This document shows positions 26,739 through 36,486 of a stretch of DNA of 49,818 nucleotides, piece by piece. Position numbers and translations under genes: made by a program. Numbering within the stretch: position 1 is the stretch's first letter; each line of letters starts with the position of its first letter. The stretch is from Lysobacterales bacterium (GTDB lineage Bacteria > Pseudomonadota > Gammaproteobacteria > Xanthomonadales > Ahniellaceae): the NCBI GenBank assembly GCA_038221545.1, contig JBBRIE010000001.1, forward strand, positions 1-49,818. The letters run 5' to 3'. The notes beneath the pieces are model-generated. The model worked only from the letters and a program-made list of their open reading frames with translations. It was not told where the DNA came from and made no database searches.

Positions 26739-27947
26739 ATGCCCGCCTTTTCCTTTGAAGCGCTCAACCCCGCCGGCGCCACGCAACGCGGGGTGCTGGA
26801 AGCCGACACGCCGCGCGCGGCGCGGGCTCTGCTGCGCGAGCGCGGCCTTGCGCCGCTCGCGGTCGCCCCCGTGTCGGAGTCAAGCGCACGCGGATCCTTC
26901 TCCTGGCATCGTGGCCTGTCGCCCGCGCAACTCGCGACGCTGGCGCGCCAGCTCGCGACCCTCATCGGCGCGGGCCTGCCGATCGACGAGGCTCTGTCGG
27001 CGCTGGCGGAGCAGAACGACGAGCCGCGTGTGCGCGCCGTGGTCGCCAGCGTGCGCGCGCGGGTGCTGGAAGGGCGCACGCTGGCAGCAGCGCTTGGTGA
27101 ATTCCCCGACAGCTTTCCCGAGATGTTCCGCGCATCGGTGGCCGCCGGCGAGCAGTCGGGCCACCTCGACGGCGTTCTCGAACGACTCGCCGACCACGCG
27201 GAAAGCCGCGAGGCGCTGTCGCGGCAGGTCTGGGCAGCGCTCGCGTACCCCGTGCTGCTGACCATAGTGTCGCTGCTGATCGTCACCGGGCTGCTGACCT
27301 GGGTGGTCCCGAAAGTCGTCGGCGTGTTCGAGAACCTGCAGCAGGAACTGCCGCTGCTCACGCGCCTGCTCATCGCCCTGTCGGGACTGCTGGTCGAGTG
27401 GGGCTGGCTGCTCGCGCTCGGCGGCGTCGCTGTGGTGTTCGCGCTGCGCTGGGCGTTGCGCGATCCGCTCACGCGTGCGCGCTGGCACGCATGGCGGCTG
27501 CGACTGCCGCTGGTCGGCAAGCTGCTGCGCGGCGCGGATACCGCGCGCATGACGCGCACGCTCTCGATGTTGACGGCGAGCGGCGTGCCGGTGCTCGACG
27601 CGCTGCGGCTGGCCGCGCCGACCGTGCGCAACCTGCCGATGCAGGCCGCGCTGCGGCAGGCGGCCGCCCGCGTGCGCGAAGGTGGCGGCTTCGCACGGGC
27701 GCTGGCCGACAGCGGTCAGTTCCCGCCGGTGACGGTGCGGCTGATCGCCAGCGGCGAGCGCACCGGCAAGCTCGACGAGATGCTCGAACAGGCAGCGCGC
27801 GCGCAGACGCGCGAAGTCGAGGGCATGCTGTCAACCGTGAGCGCGGTGCTCGGTCCCGCGATCATCCTCGGTGTCGGGCTGATGGTGATGCTGATCGTGC
27901 TTGCGATCCTGCTGCCGATCTTCCAGCTCAATTCCCTGATCGCGTGA
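26739..27947 (+). CDS. gspF: Type II secretion inner-membrane platform protein GspF
   Basis: The start is taken at ATG 26739 (MPAFSFEALNPAGATQRGVLEADTPRAARALLRERGLAPL). Two GspF repeats are present, each with the ...AAGEQSG / ASGERTG motif, plus three TM segments. Confidence 0.9.
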   Translation: MPAFSFEALNPAGATQRGVLEADTPRAARALLRERGLAPLAVAPVSESSARGSFSWHRGLSPAQLATLARQLATLIGAGLPIDEALSALAEQNDEPRVRAVVASVRARVLEGRTLAAALGEFPDSFPEMFRASVAAGEQSGHLDGVLERLADHAESREALSRQVWAALAYPVLLTIVSLLIVTGLLTWVVPKVVGVFENLQQELPLLTRLLIALSGLLVEWGWLLALGGVAVVFALRWALRDPLTRARWHAWRLRLPLVGKLLRGADTARMTRTLSMLTASGVPVLDALRLAAPTVRNLPMQAALRQAAARVREGGGFARALADSGQFPPVTVRLIASGERTGKLDEMLEQAARAQTREVEGMLSTVSAVLGPAIILGVGLMVMLIVLAILLPIFQLNSLIA

Positions 27948-27970
27948 TTGATCGATGCGCAACGCTTTTC

Positions 27971-27996
27971 CCTTCTGCCCGCGTGCGCGGAGAAGG
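27971..27996. repeat. Imperfect palindrome CCTTCT..AGAAGG
   Basis: CCTTCTGCCCGCGTGCGCGGAGAAGG has the same arm sequence as the stronger palindrome at 28125. Confidence 0.3.
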
Positions 27997-28124
27997 TGGC
28001 GCGCAGTGCCGGATGTGGGTCCGCCCGTTGCGAGGAGCGCCTCTCATCCACCTTGCTCGCGCGATAGTTCGCGCTCGCCCTCCGGGCCAGCTTCGCTGTT
28101 CGCAGGCGCCTCACGCCTGCAGTC

Positions 28125-28158
28125 GGCCCCTTCTCCCCGTGCACGGGGAGAAAGGGCC
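28125..28158. repeat. 34-nt near-perfect palindrome just upstream of ftsE
   Basis: GGCCCCTTCTCCCCGTGCACGGGGAGAAAGGGCC with one mismatch; the core CCCCGTGCACGGGG is perfect. It ends 12 nt before the ftsE ATG and has no U-tract. Confidence 0.5.
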
Positions 28159-28170
28159 CGCGTGTGCGAG

Positions 28171-28848
28171 ATGATCCGTTTCGAGCATGTGGCCAAGAGT
28201 TACGCGAGCGGGCAGGCCGCTCTGCGCGATCTCACGTTCTCGATCGCACCCGGGGAAATGCTGTTCGTCACCGGGCACTCCGGCGCCGGCAAGAGCACCC
28301 TGCTGCGATTGATCGCGCTGGAGGAGCGCGCGACGCGCGGCAGCATCACACTCGGCGGCACGCCACTCGACAAGGTAAGGAAGCGCGGCGTACCCGCGTT
28401 GCGACGCCGCCTCGGCATGGTCTTCCAGGACCATCGCCTGCTGCTCGACCGGACCGTGTTCGACAACGTGGCGTTGCCGCTGGTAATCGCCGGCACGCCG
28501 CGCGCGGAAATCGACGGGCGTGTGCGCGCCGCGCTCGATCGCGTCGGCCTGCTCGAGCGCGTGCGCTCGCAGCCGCTGGCGCTCTCGGGGGGCGAGCAGC
28601 AACGCGTGGGCATCGCGCGGGCGATCGTCGCGAAGCCGGCGCTGATCCTTGCCGACGAGCCGACCGGCAACCTCGACCCCCAGCTCTCGGTTGAAATTTT
28701 CAACCTGTTCGGCGCGCTCTCGCAGACCGGCACCACCATCCTGATCGCGAGCCACGACCTGCACCTGATCCAGCGCATGCGACGCCGGGTACTGGTGCTC
28801 GATCACGGCGCATTGATCGACGACTACCGGCCGGAGCCCGGCCGGTGA
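28171..28848 (+). CDS. ftsE: Cell-division ABC transporter ATP-binding protein FtsE
   Basis: MIRFEHVAKSY..., Walker A GHSGAGKST, the LSGGEQQR signature and Walker B LILADEPTGNLD. The track ORF start at 27955 is over-extended. Confidence 0.93.
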   Translation: MIRFEHVAKSYASGQAALRDLTFSIAPGEMLFVTGHSGAGKSTLLRLIALEERATRGSITLGGTPLDKVRKRGVPALRRRLGMVFQDHRLLLDRTVFDNVALPLVIAGTPRAEIDGRVRAALDRVGLLERVRSQPLALSGGEQQRVGIARAIVAKPALILADEPTGNLDPQLSVEIFNLFGALSQTGTTILIASHDLHLIQRMRRRVLVLDHGALIDDYRPEPGR

Positions 28849-29885
28849 CCACGCGCGATGCGGACGGCAACCGGGGCACGGGGCAGGAAGCGGAGCCGGG
28901 GCCGCCGGGCAGGCCACTCGCCGCGGCGAGGCAACGCAAGGCAGGCGCGACGCCGTTCGCAGTGGGATTCTCCATGACTGCCTGGCGCGAGCAGCACCTG
29001 TACGGCCTGTTCTCGAGCCTCGGCTACCTCTGGCGGCGACGACGGTCGACGCTGTTGACGGTGTGCGTGATGGCGCTCGCGCTGCTGCTGCCCCTGCTGC
29101 TGCAGGTCGTGCTGCGCAATCTCGAGGACTTCGGCGACGGCCTGCGCGACGCGCGCGAGATTTCGGTGTTCCTGCAGCCGCGACTCGCGCTTGCGGAGGT
29201 CGAAGCCGCAAATTCGACGATCTCCCAGGCCGCAGGGGTCGTGGAAGTGCGCATGCGCACGCCGGCGGACGGCCTGGACGAGTTGCGCGCGCTCGAGGGC
29301 TTCGAAGGCGCCGCGGCGTTGCTGGACGACAACCCGTTACCGCACGTACTGCTCGTCGCGCCCGCCGCAGGGCTCGACGACGGCGGCATGCGCGCGCTCG
29401 CCGCGCAGCTCGGCAAATTGCCGGGCGTCGACTTCGTCCAGTTCGAACTTGCGTGGCGCGACCGACTGGGCAGGGTGCTGGCGTTCGCCCGCCGGATGGC
29501 CCTGATCGCCGGAGTGCTGTTCGCGCTGGCCGCATTGCTGGTGGTCGGCAACACCATCCGCCTCGACGTCGCCGCGCGCTCCCGCGAGATTTCCGTCGTG
29601 CAGTTGCTCGGCGGCACCGATGGTTTCGTGCGGCGACCGTTCCTGTATGCCGGCGTCTGGTACGGCCTTGGCGCGGGGCTGCTGGCCGTGATCGTGGCGA
29701 GCGTGCTGATCGGCTTCGCGCGCGAACCCACTCTCGCGCTGGCCGCGGACTACGCGCGGCAGTTCGAGTTGCGCGGCGTTTCTGCGACGCTGGCGGTGGC
29801 GGCGCTCGCCGGCGGGGCCATGTTAGGCTGGCTTGGCGCCTGGGCAGCGTGCACCAGCTGGCTCGCGCGCGGACGGCCGCGATAG
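28845..29885 (+). CDS. ftsX: Cell-division permease-like protein FtsX
   Basis: The GTG start overlaps the ftsE stop (GTGA). It has four TM segments and a periplasmic loop, positioned after ftsE. An alternative start at the internal Met (MTAWREQ) is possible. Confidence 0.85.
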   Translation: MTTRDADGNRGTGQEAEPGPPGRPLAAARQRKAGATPFAVGFSMTAWREQHLYGLFSSLGYLWRRRRSTLLTVCVMALALLLPLLLQVVLRNLEDFGDGLRDAREISVFLQPRLALAEVEAANSTISQAAGVVEVRMRTPADGLDELRALEGFEGAAALLDDNPLPHVLLVAPAAGLDDGGMRALAAQLGKLPGVDFVQFELAWRDRLGRVLAFARRMALIAGVLFALAALLVVGNTIRLDVAARSREISVVQLLGGTDGFVRRPFLYAGVWYGLGAGLLAVIVASVLIGFAREPTLALAADYARQFELRGVSATLAVAALAGGAMLGWLGAWAACTSWLARGRPR

Positions 29886-29913
29886 TCGGCGCACGCTTTT
29901 GTTCGAGGCAAGA

Positions 29914-30747
29914 ATGGACGACCAGATCACCCGCCACATCGCTTCCGACGCGCCGCGCGTGCTGGTGGTCGATGGTTCCAAGGTCACGCGCATGATGATC
30001 GAACAGGTGCTGCGCCAGCAGCTGCCGAGCGCGGTGGTCATCGCATGCGAGAGCGGGGCTTGCGCGGCGCGCGCGCTCGAGGAAGGCATCGTCGACCTCA
30101 TCACCACCGCGCTCGACCTGCCCGACATGGACGGCATCGCGCTCGCCAAGCACGTGCGCGAGAACTCGCCGCAGGCCTACATCCCGATCGTCGTCATTTC
30201 CGGCAACGTGCAGGAGCGACTCGAGGCGGCGGGCATGACCGATGACGTCACCGATTATTTCGACAAGGGGCTCGGCTTCCGCGCACTCGCCGAGTTCATC
30301 TCCGGCTACGTGGCGCCGGTCGATTCCGCGCAGGGCCGAGTGCTGTACGTCGAGGACAGCCGCGTGGTCGCGATGGCCACGCGCAGGATGCTCGAGAAAT
30401 ACGGTTTCACCGTGCAGCACGTCACCAGTGTCAGGGATGCGGTCGCCGCGATCGACAGCGCTCGCGCGGAAGGCCGCGACGTGGCGGACATCGTGCTGAC
30501 CGACGTCTACCTCAAGGACGGCGAAAACGGCCGCGACCTGCTCGACAAGCTGCGCGGAGAATACGGCTACGGTCGCGGCGACCTGCCGGTGCTGGTGATG
30601 ACGGCCGACGACAACCTCGGCAACCAGTCGGCGCTGCTCCGCGCCGGCGCCAACGACCTCGTGCACAAGCCGGTCGAGGAGCGCCTGTTGGTGACCAAGC
30701 TGAGTTTCCAGCTGCGCGTCGCGCGCGGTCGCCACAAGGCCCACTGA
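29914..30747 (+). CDS. Stand-alone response regulator with two tandem receiver (REC) domains and no output domain
   Basis: REC1 has VLVVDGSKV...LITTALDLPDMDG...IVVISGN...DKG, so DD is changed to DG and KP to KG. REC2 has VLYVEDSRV...IVLTDVYLKDG...VLVMTAD...VHKPV, which is canonical. The start is taken at ATG 29914. Confidence 0.8.
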   Translation: MDDQITRHIASDAPRVLVVDGSKVTRMMIEQVLRQQLPSAVVIACESGACAARALEEGIVDLITTALDLPDMDGIALAKHVRENSPQAYIPIVVISGNVQERLEAAGMTDDVTDYFDKGLGFRALAEFISGYVAPVDSAQGRVLYVEDSRVVAMATRRMLEKYGFTVQHVTSVRDAVAAIDSARAEGRDVADIVLTDVYLKDGENGRDLLDKLRGEYGYGRGDLPVLVMTADDNLGNQSALLRAGANDLVHKPVEERLLVTKLSFQLRVARGRHKAH

Positions 30748-30758
30748 GGCCGCAGGCG

Positions 30759-31448
30759 GTGCCGCATCCGGTGCAGCTGTCCGCGTCGTGGCTGGCGCAG
30801 ATCGGCGATCTGTTCGAACAGGATTCGATGCGTGCGCTCGCTGCGTTCCTGCGCGCGGAGAAGGCACGCGGCCGCGTGATCCATCCGCCCGGGCCATCGA
30901 TCTTCGCGGCCTTCGAAGCGACGCCGTTCGAGGCGGTGAAGGTCGTGATCCTCGGCCAGGACCCCTACCACGGCGCCGGCCAGGCGCATGGCCTCTGCTT
31001 TTCCGTGCCGCAGGGCGTGCCCCCGCCGCCGTCGCTGGTCAACATCCTCACCGAACTGGAACGGGACACGGGTTTGCCTCGCCCGCCCCACGGCAACCTC
31101 TCTGCGTGGGCGGCGCGCGGCGTACTGCTGCTCAACTCGGTGCTCACTGTCGAAAGCGGCCTCCCCGGTTCGCACCAGGGCCAGGGCTGGGAAGGCTTCA
31201 CCGACGCGGTCATCGAGCGGCTCGCGGCGTCGCGCGACGGCCTGGTATTCATGCTGTGGGGTGCCTACGCTCAGGCAAAGGGGCGCCTGCTGGACCGCTC
31301 GCGGCACTGCATCCTGCGCGCGCCGCATCCCTCGCCGCTGTCCGCACACCGCGGCTTCTTGCGGTGCGGGCACTTTGGCGCCGCCAACCGCTACCTGGCC
31401 GGACGCGGCCTCGGCAGCATCGACTGGGGACTGCCGCCCGCGTCCTAG
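30759..31448 (+). CDS. ung: Uracil-DNA glycosylase
   Basis: VVILGQDPYHGAGQAHGLCFSV, GVLLLNSVLTV and HPSPLSAHRGF are nearly identical to E. coli Ung motifs. It uses a GTG start. Confidence 0.93.
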   Translation: MPHPVQLSASWLAQIGDLFEQDSMRALAAFLRAEKARGRVIHPPGPSIFAAFEATPFEAVKVVILGQDPYHGAGQAHGLCFSVPQGVPPPPSLVNILTELERDTGLPRPPHGNLSAWAARGVLLLNSVLTVESGLPGSHQGQGWEGFTDAVIERLAASRDGLVFMLWGAYAQAKGRLLDRSRHCILRAPHPSPLSAHRGFLRCGHFGAANRYLAGRGLGSIDWGLPPAS

Positions 31449-31568
31449 AGCGCATGTTCAGCCGTGCCGGGTGATCATGCCCGGGTCTCCAGAGTTTTCC
31501 GGTCTCCCCGCGGCTTTGCAGCGCCCCCCGGCGAGCAGGCCCCACGCTAAACGGAACTTCGGCAGGCT

Positions 31569-31595
31569 TTAGCACTCACAGTGTTCGAGTGCTAA
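31569..31595. promoter_or_regulatory. Perfect 9-bp inverted repeat TTAGCACTC-N9-GAGTGCTAA upstream of rpoH
   Basis: It ends 29 nt upstream of the rpoH ATG. It could be an operator or a 5'-UTR hairpin. Confidence 0.35.
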
Positions 31596-31624
31596 ACTTC
31601 ACTCGTACCTTTCAGGAGTTGAGG

Positions 31625-32485
<861 letters not shown>

Positions 32486-32655
32486 ATGCGGCAAGCGAGC
32501 ATGCCGGACCAGGCGGCAGCACCGACTGGTTCGCGACGCGCACCTGCAGGAATGAGGCCTGCCACGAGGACGACGTGGCAGGTCCTTCGACGCGCCTCGT
32601 TGCCGCGATCCCAAGGGCGTCGCCGCCGCGACGGCAGGCGAACAGTTGTCCGCCC

Positions 32656-34896
32656 TCAAGTCCAGTCGACCGGGTCGACATCCAGCGACCAGCGCACGCG
32701 GCGCGCACTCGATAGCGCGTGCAGCTTCGGTACCCAGTCCTGGAGCGCCGCCTGCAGCACCGGGCGCCGCGGCGCCTCGAGCAGCAGTTGCGCACGCAGG
32801 AATCCCGCGCGGCGTGGCTGGGGCGCGGGCAGCGGACCGAAGGCACGCACCGACTCGGAAGCGTCCGCCGACCGGCCCATCGACCCCTCCGGACCGGAAG
32901 CCGCATCGAGCGCCGCCAGCGCATCCGCGAGGAATGCGTCCACCGGACCCTGCTGCTTCGCCTCCGCCCGCAGCAAAGCCTGTGCGGCGAACGGCGGCAG
33001 GCGTGCCGCCTCCCGCAGTTCGAGCTCTGCGAGCGCGAACGCGCGGTACCCGCCCGCGAGCACCTGCTGCAACAACGGGTGCTGCGGCTGGTGCGTCTGC
33101 AGGATCACGCGCCCGGGCCGCGTGCTGCGTCCGACGCGACCCGAAACCTGGATCAGCAGCTGCGCGAAGCGTTCCGGCGCACGGAAATCGGCCGCCGCCA
33201 GGGCGCTGTCGACGCCGAGCACGACAGCCAGCGTCAACAGTGGCAGGTCGTGCCCTTTCGCGAGCATCTGCGTGCCGACGAGCAGGGCCGGGTCGCCCGC
33301 GACCAGCGGTGCCAGCAGGCGGCCGATGCCGCCGGGCGCGCGCGTGCTGTCGGCGTCGATGCGGACCACGCGGGTGGCGGGGAAGAATGCGGCGAGCGCG
33401 GCTTCGAGCCGCTGTGTGCCGAAGCCCGTCGGCGCGAGCGCAAGCCCGCCACACGCGGCGCAGGTCTGCGGGACGGGGGTGTTGAAGCCGCAATGGTGGC
33501 AGCGCAGTCGCGCGGCGCTGCGGTGCCAGATCAGCGCGCGGCGTTCCGTGTCGCTGGTCGAACAGCGCGGGCACGCGGGATACCAGCCGCAGTCGTGACA
33601 CAGCAGCACCGGGGCGAAGCCACGCTGGTTGCGGAACACCAGTGCCTGCTCGCCGCGCGCGACGCACGCAGCGAGTGCTGCGCGCGTCTCTCCGAGCAGG
33701 CCCTCCTGCAGCGGCTGGCCGCGCAGGTCGAGGACGCGCACCGCCGGCGGCCGGGCGCTGCCTGCGCGCTCGGGCAGGGCGAGCCTGCGGTAGCGGCCCT
33801 GCGCGATGTTCGCGATCGTCTCGATGGACGGCGTGGCGGAACCGAGCACGATCGGGATCGCGAGCGCCTGCGCGCGCACGATCGCGAAATCCCGCGCGTG
33901 GTACCGGAATCCGTCCTGCTGCTTGAACGCGGTGTCGTGTTCCTCGTCGACGACGATGAGCCCCGCGCGCGGCAAGGGCACGAACGTGGCGGAACGCGTT
34001 CCGAGGATGACCTTGAGATCGCCGCTGGCCGCGCCTTGCCACACCTTGGCGCGCGCACCGGCGGCGAGGCCCGAGTGGATGACACCGATGGCGACGCCCA
34101 GCCGCGCCTGCATGCGCGCCAGCACCTGCGGCGTCAGTCCGATCTCCGGCACCAGCACGAGGCTCTGACGTCCCGCGGCCAGCTGCGCGAGGATGAGTTG
34201 CAGGTAGACCTCGGTCTTTCCGGAGCCGGTGACGCCATCGAGCACGCAGGTAGAAAACCCCGGTTGGCCCAGCACGGCCTCGACCGCGGCCGCCTGCGCG
34301 GGATTGAGCGCCGGCCCGGGCTGGGTTGGAGCATCCGCAGGTATCGAAGGCACGAGCCAGCCCTTGTGGCGCCACCCCCGCGCGACGCGCGCCCGCGCGG
34401 GGGTGGCGGCCCATTCGGCGCGCGACACCGGGCCGTGCTCGAGCACGGCGCGGAGTTCGGCGGCCGCCGTACGCAGGCGCGGCGGCGTAGCGAGGAGCGC
34501 CGCGCGACCCGCCTCCGCGAGCGACAGCCAGGCGCCAGCCTCGGAGGACGTGCGCTCGCGTCGACGCAGCCACGCGGGCAGCGCGGTCGCGAGTACCTCG
34601 CCGAGCGGATGTGCGTAGTACTGCGCGGCCCAATGCAGGCTGTGCCACAGCTCGCCGTGCAGCAGCGCAACCCGATCCAGGCGCTCCTCGACGGCGCGCA
34701 GCGGATGCACGCCGTCGTGCAGGCCAATGGACGTCACCACGCCGACCAGGCTGCGGGAGCCGAATCGCACGCGCACGCGGCAGCCGATCCAGTCGCCGTC
34801 GATCGAGCCGTGGCCCTCGCTCGTGTAGTCGAATTGCTGCAGGAGAGGCACCGGCAGCGCAACGCGCAGCACCTCGACGGGAACGTTCGCGATCAT
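32656..34896 (-). CDS. priA: Primosomal replication-restart helicase PriA
   Basis: The start is taken at MIANVPVEVLRVALPVPL (ATG at 34896). It has Walker A GVTGSGKTEVY, DEEH, and a Cys-rich zinc region (CHDCGWYPACPRC...CHHCG...CAACG). Confidence 0.93.
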   Translation of the reverse strand: MIANVPVEVLRVALPVPLLQQFDYTSEGHGSIDGDWIGCRVRVRFGSRSLVGVVTSIGLHDGVHPLRAVEERLDRVALLHGELWHSLHWAAQYYAHPLGEVLATALPAWLRRRERTSSEAGAWLSLAEAGRAALLATPPRLRTAAAELRAVLEHGPVSRAEWAATPARARVARGWRHKGWLVPSIPADAPTQPGPALNPAQAAAVEAVLGQPGFSTCVLDGVTGSGKTEVYLQLILAQLAAGRQSLVLVPEIGLTPQVLARMQARLGVAIGVIHSGLAAGARAKVWQGAASGDLKVILGTRSATFVPLPRAGLIVVDEEHDTAFKQQDGFRYHARDFAIVRAQALAIPIVLGSATPSIETIANIAQGRYRRLALPERAGSARPPAVRVLDLRGQPLQEGLLGETRAALAACVARGEQALVFRNQRGFAPVLLCHDCGWYPACPRCSTSDTERRALIWHRSAARLRCHHCGFNTPVPQTCAACGGLALAPTGFGTQRLEAALAAFFPATRVVRIDADSTRAPGGIGRLLAPLVAGDPALLVGTQMLAKGHDLPLLTLAVVLGVDSALAAADFRAPERFAQLLIQVSGRVGRSTRPGRVILQTHQPQHPLLQQVLAGGYRAFALAELELREAARLPPFAAQALLRAEAKQQGPVDAFLADALAALDAASGPEGSMGRSADASESVRAFGPLPAPQPRRAGFLRAQLLLEAPRRPVLQAALQDWVPKLHALSSARRVRWSLDVDPVDWT

Positions 34897-35078
34897 CGCG
34901 CCATGAGAACAGAACGGCGTCGCCCCACACCAGTTCGGAGCAGTCGGGAGCCCCCTCAAGCACGGCGATTACGCCTCCGGAAAGGTGTCCGTGCTGCCGC
35001 CTTCCAAGGTTAGCGCGCGTTGCTCATCTTTTTTGCATGAAGTTGGTCCAAGTGAATGCTGGCGTGGGAGTTTTTTGC

Positions 35079-35113
35079 TTATCCACACCGAGTGTGGATA
35101 ACTCTGTGGACGA
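35079..35113. promoter_or_regulatory. DnaA-box cluster: TTATCCACA (35079..35087), TGTGGATAA (35093..35101), TGTGGACGA (35105..35113)
   Basis: Two perfect 9/9 consensus DnaA boxes lie head-to-head with a 5-bp spacer. A third 7/9 box follows 3 bp later. The cluster sits in the least GC-rich intergenic stretch of the window, about 185 bp upstream of the priA start. Confidence 0.55.
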
Positions 35114-35494
35114 ACGCCCGCAGTGACTGCCCGGAGGCCCGCAGGAAGCGCCCGGGGCTGTCTTGGTCAAAAAATAGCCATATTGGGAATCTTCCATATT
35201 TTCAGTTACTTGCGCCGCGTCAAACGAAAGGTGGAGGGCGATCTTCGCAGTCCCTTCACGAATGTGCGGAATGCCGGGCCGCCTGTGAACAACGACGCGG
35301 TGGAGCGAAGATTTGCCCGCTTGTCAAGCACTGCGAAGCGGGTGCCGGCGAGCCCTTCCCCAGTCCGCACCCGACCTGCCCGCATCCCGCGCGAGGACGT
35401 GGCTGGTCAACCATCGCCCCCCGAGCGCGTTGTCCCGGCCATCGATGACACACTCGTGACCAGCGCGAGCGGGAGCCTCACCCGTGTACCGACG

Positions 35495-36088
35495 ATGTTC
35501 GTGGTAGCCGATTCCCTCGCCGCGATCAGCGAAGGCGAGGCGCGGGACGCGCCGCCGCGTACGCTCGCGTCTTTCCTCGAGGGCATCGAACGGCGGGCGC
35601 TGTTCATCGCGCGACTCGGCGTCGACGGGCGCGATGATGCGCTTGACGTCGTGCAGGACGCGATGCTGGCATTCGTGCGCAGCTATTCGCGACGTCCCGC
35701 GACGGAGTGGGCACCCTTGTTCCACCGCGTGCTCGAAAGCCGCGTCCGCGACCACCAGCGGCGGCGTGCGGTGCGGCAGCGTTTCCGCGTCTGGTTCTCG
35801 CGGCATCCGGTGGACGAGGAGGACGCAGGCGATCCGCTCGCGCGGATCGCCGACGAGTCCGAGGCAGGACCGTTGCAGCGCGCCGCCGACCGCGACACGC
35901 GGACCGCGCTGACGCAGGCGATGCGCGAGTTGCCCGGCCGCCAGCGCCAGGCGTTCACGCTGCGCGTCTGGGAAGGTCTCGACGTCGCGGCCACCGCACG
36001 CGCGATGGGTTGCAGCGAAGGCAGCGTCAAGACCCATCTTGCTCGCGCGCTCGCGGCGCTACGCCGCAAACTGGAGGCATGCCGATGA
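35495..36088 (+). CDS. ECF-family RNA polymerase sigma factor
   Basis: Region 2 is DDALDVVQDAMLAFVRSY...WAPLFHRVLESRVRDHQRR. Region 4 is LPGRQRQAFTLRVWEGLDVAATARAMGCSEGSVKTHLARALAALR. The start is uncertain; ATG 35495 was chosen. Confidence 0.8.
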   Translation: MFVVADSLAAISEGEARDAPPRTLASFLEGIERRALFIARLGVDGRDDALDVVQDAMLAFVRSYSRRPATEWAPLFHRVLESRVRDHQRRRAVRQRFRVWFSRHPVDEEDAGDPLARIADESEAGPLQRAADRDTRTALTQAMRELPGRQRQAFTLRVWEGLDVAATARAMGCSEGSVKTHLARALAALRRKLEACR

Positions 36089-36486
36089 AAGCCGAACCCT
36101 CCCGCGCGATGGACGAATCGACGGAGTCCGCGGCACTTGCCGACCTCCGAGCCCGACTCGAGCGGGAGGCCGACGCGATCGACGCGGTGATCGCAGCGCG
36201 CCTTGCAGCGGCGCGCCATCGGGCGCTGGCGGCACAATCCGAGAGGCCCGGGGCACGCGGGTTGCCGTGGTTCGGCACCGCGCTCGCCGCTTCGCTGCTG
36301 CTGGCGGTGGTGCTCGGACGGGGCCCGCGCGACCCGACTCCTGCCGTTCCGCACGCCGTCGTCGCCACCTCCAACGTCCAGGCCGCGGGGCAGGAGCCCC
36401 CCAAGGCCCTCATCGAGAGCGACGTCGCAGTGATCGCCGATATCGAGTTCTACGACTGGCTGGAGGCACAGGATGCGATCCTGTAA
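36079..36486 (+). CDS. DUF3619-like single-pass membrane protein (probable anti-sigma or partner)
   Basis: 135 aa, overlapping the sigma gene by 10 nt. One central TM segment, LPWFGTALAASLLLAVVL. The family call is from memory of the conserved sigma-DUF3619-DUF3106 neighbourhood. Confidence 0.6.
   Translation: MPMKAEPSRAMDESTESAALADLRARLEREADAIDAVIAARLAAARHRALAAQSERPGARGLPWFGTALAASLLLAVVLGRGPRDPTPAVPHAVVATSNVQAAGQEPPKALIESDVAVIADIEFYDWLEAQDAIL

Noticed and set aside
31590-31624. Sigma-E type promoter (GGAACTT-N16-TCNAA) upstream of rpoH, as in E. coli P3.
   Set aside because: Only AAACTT is present, without a properly spaced -10 element. It would also give an almost leaderless mRNA, so it is not supported.
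35040-35215. Chromosomal replication origin (oriC).
   Set aside because: The region has only three DnaA boxes, no array of AT-rich 13-mers and only one GATC nearby. None of the usual flanking genes (dnaA, dnaN, gidA, mioC, rpmH) are present. It is kept as a DnaA-box regulatory or DARS-like candidate instead.
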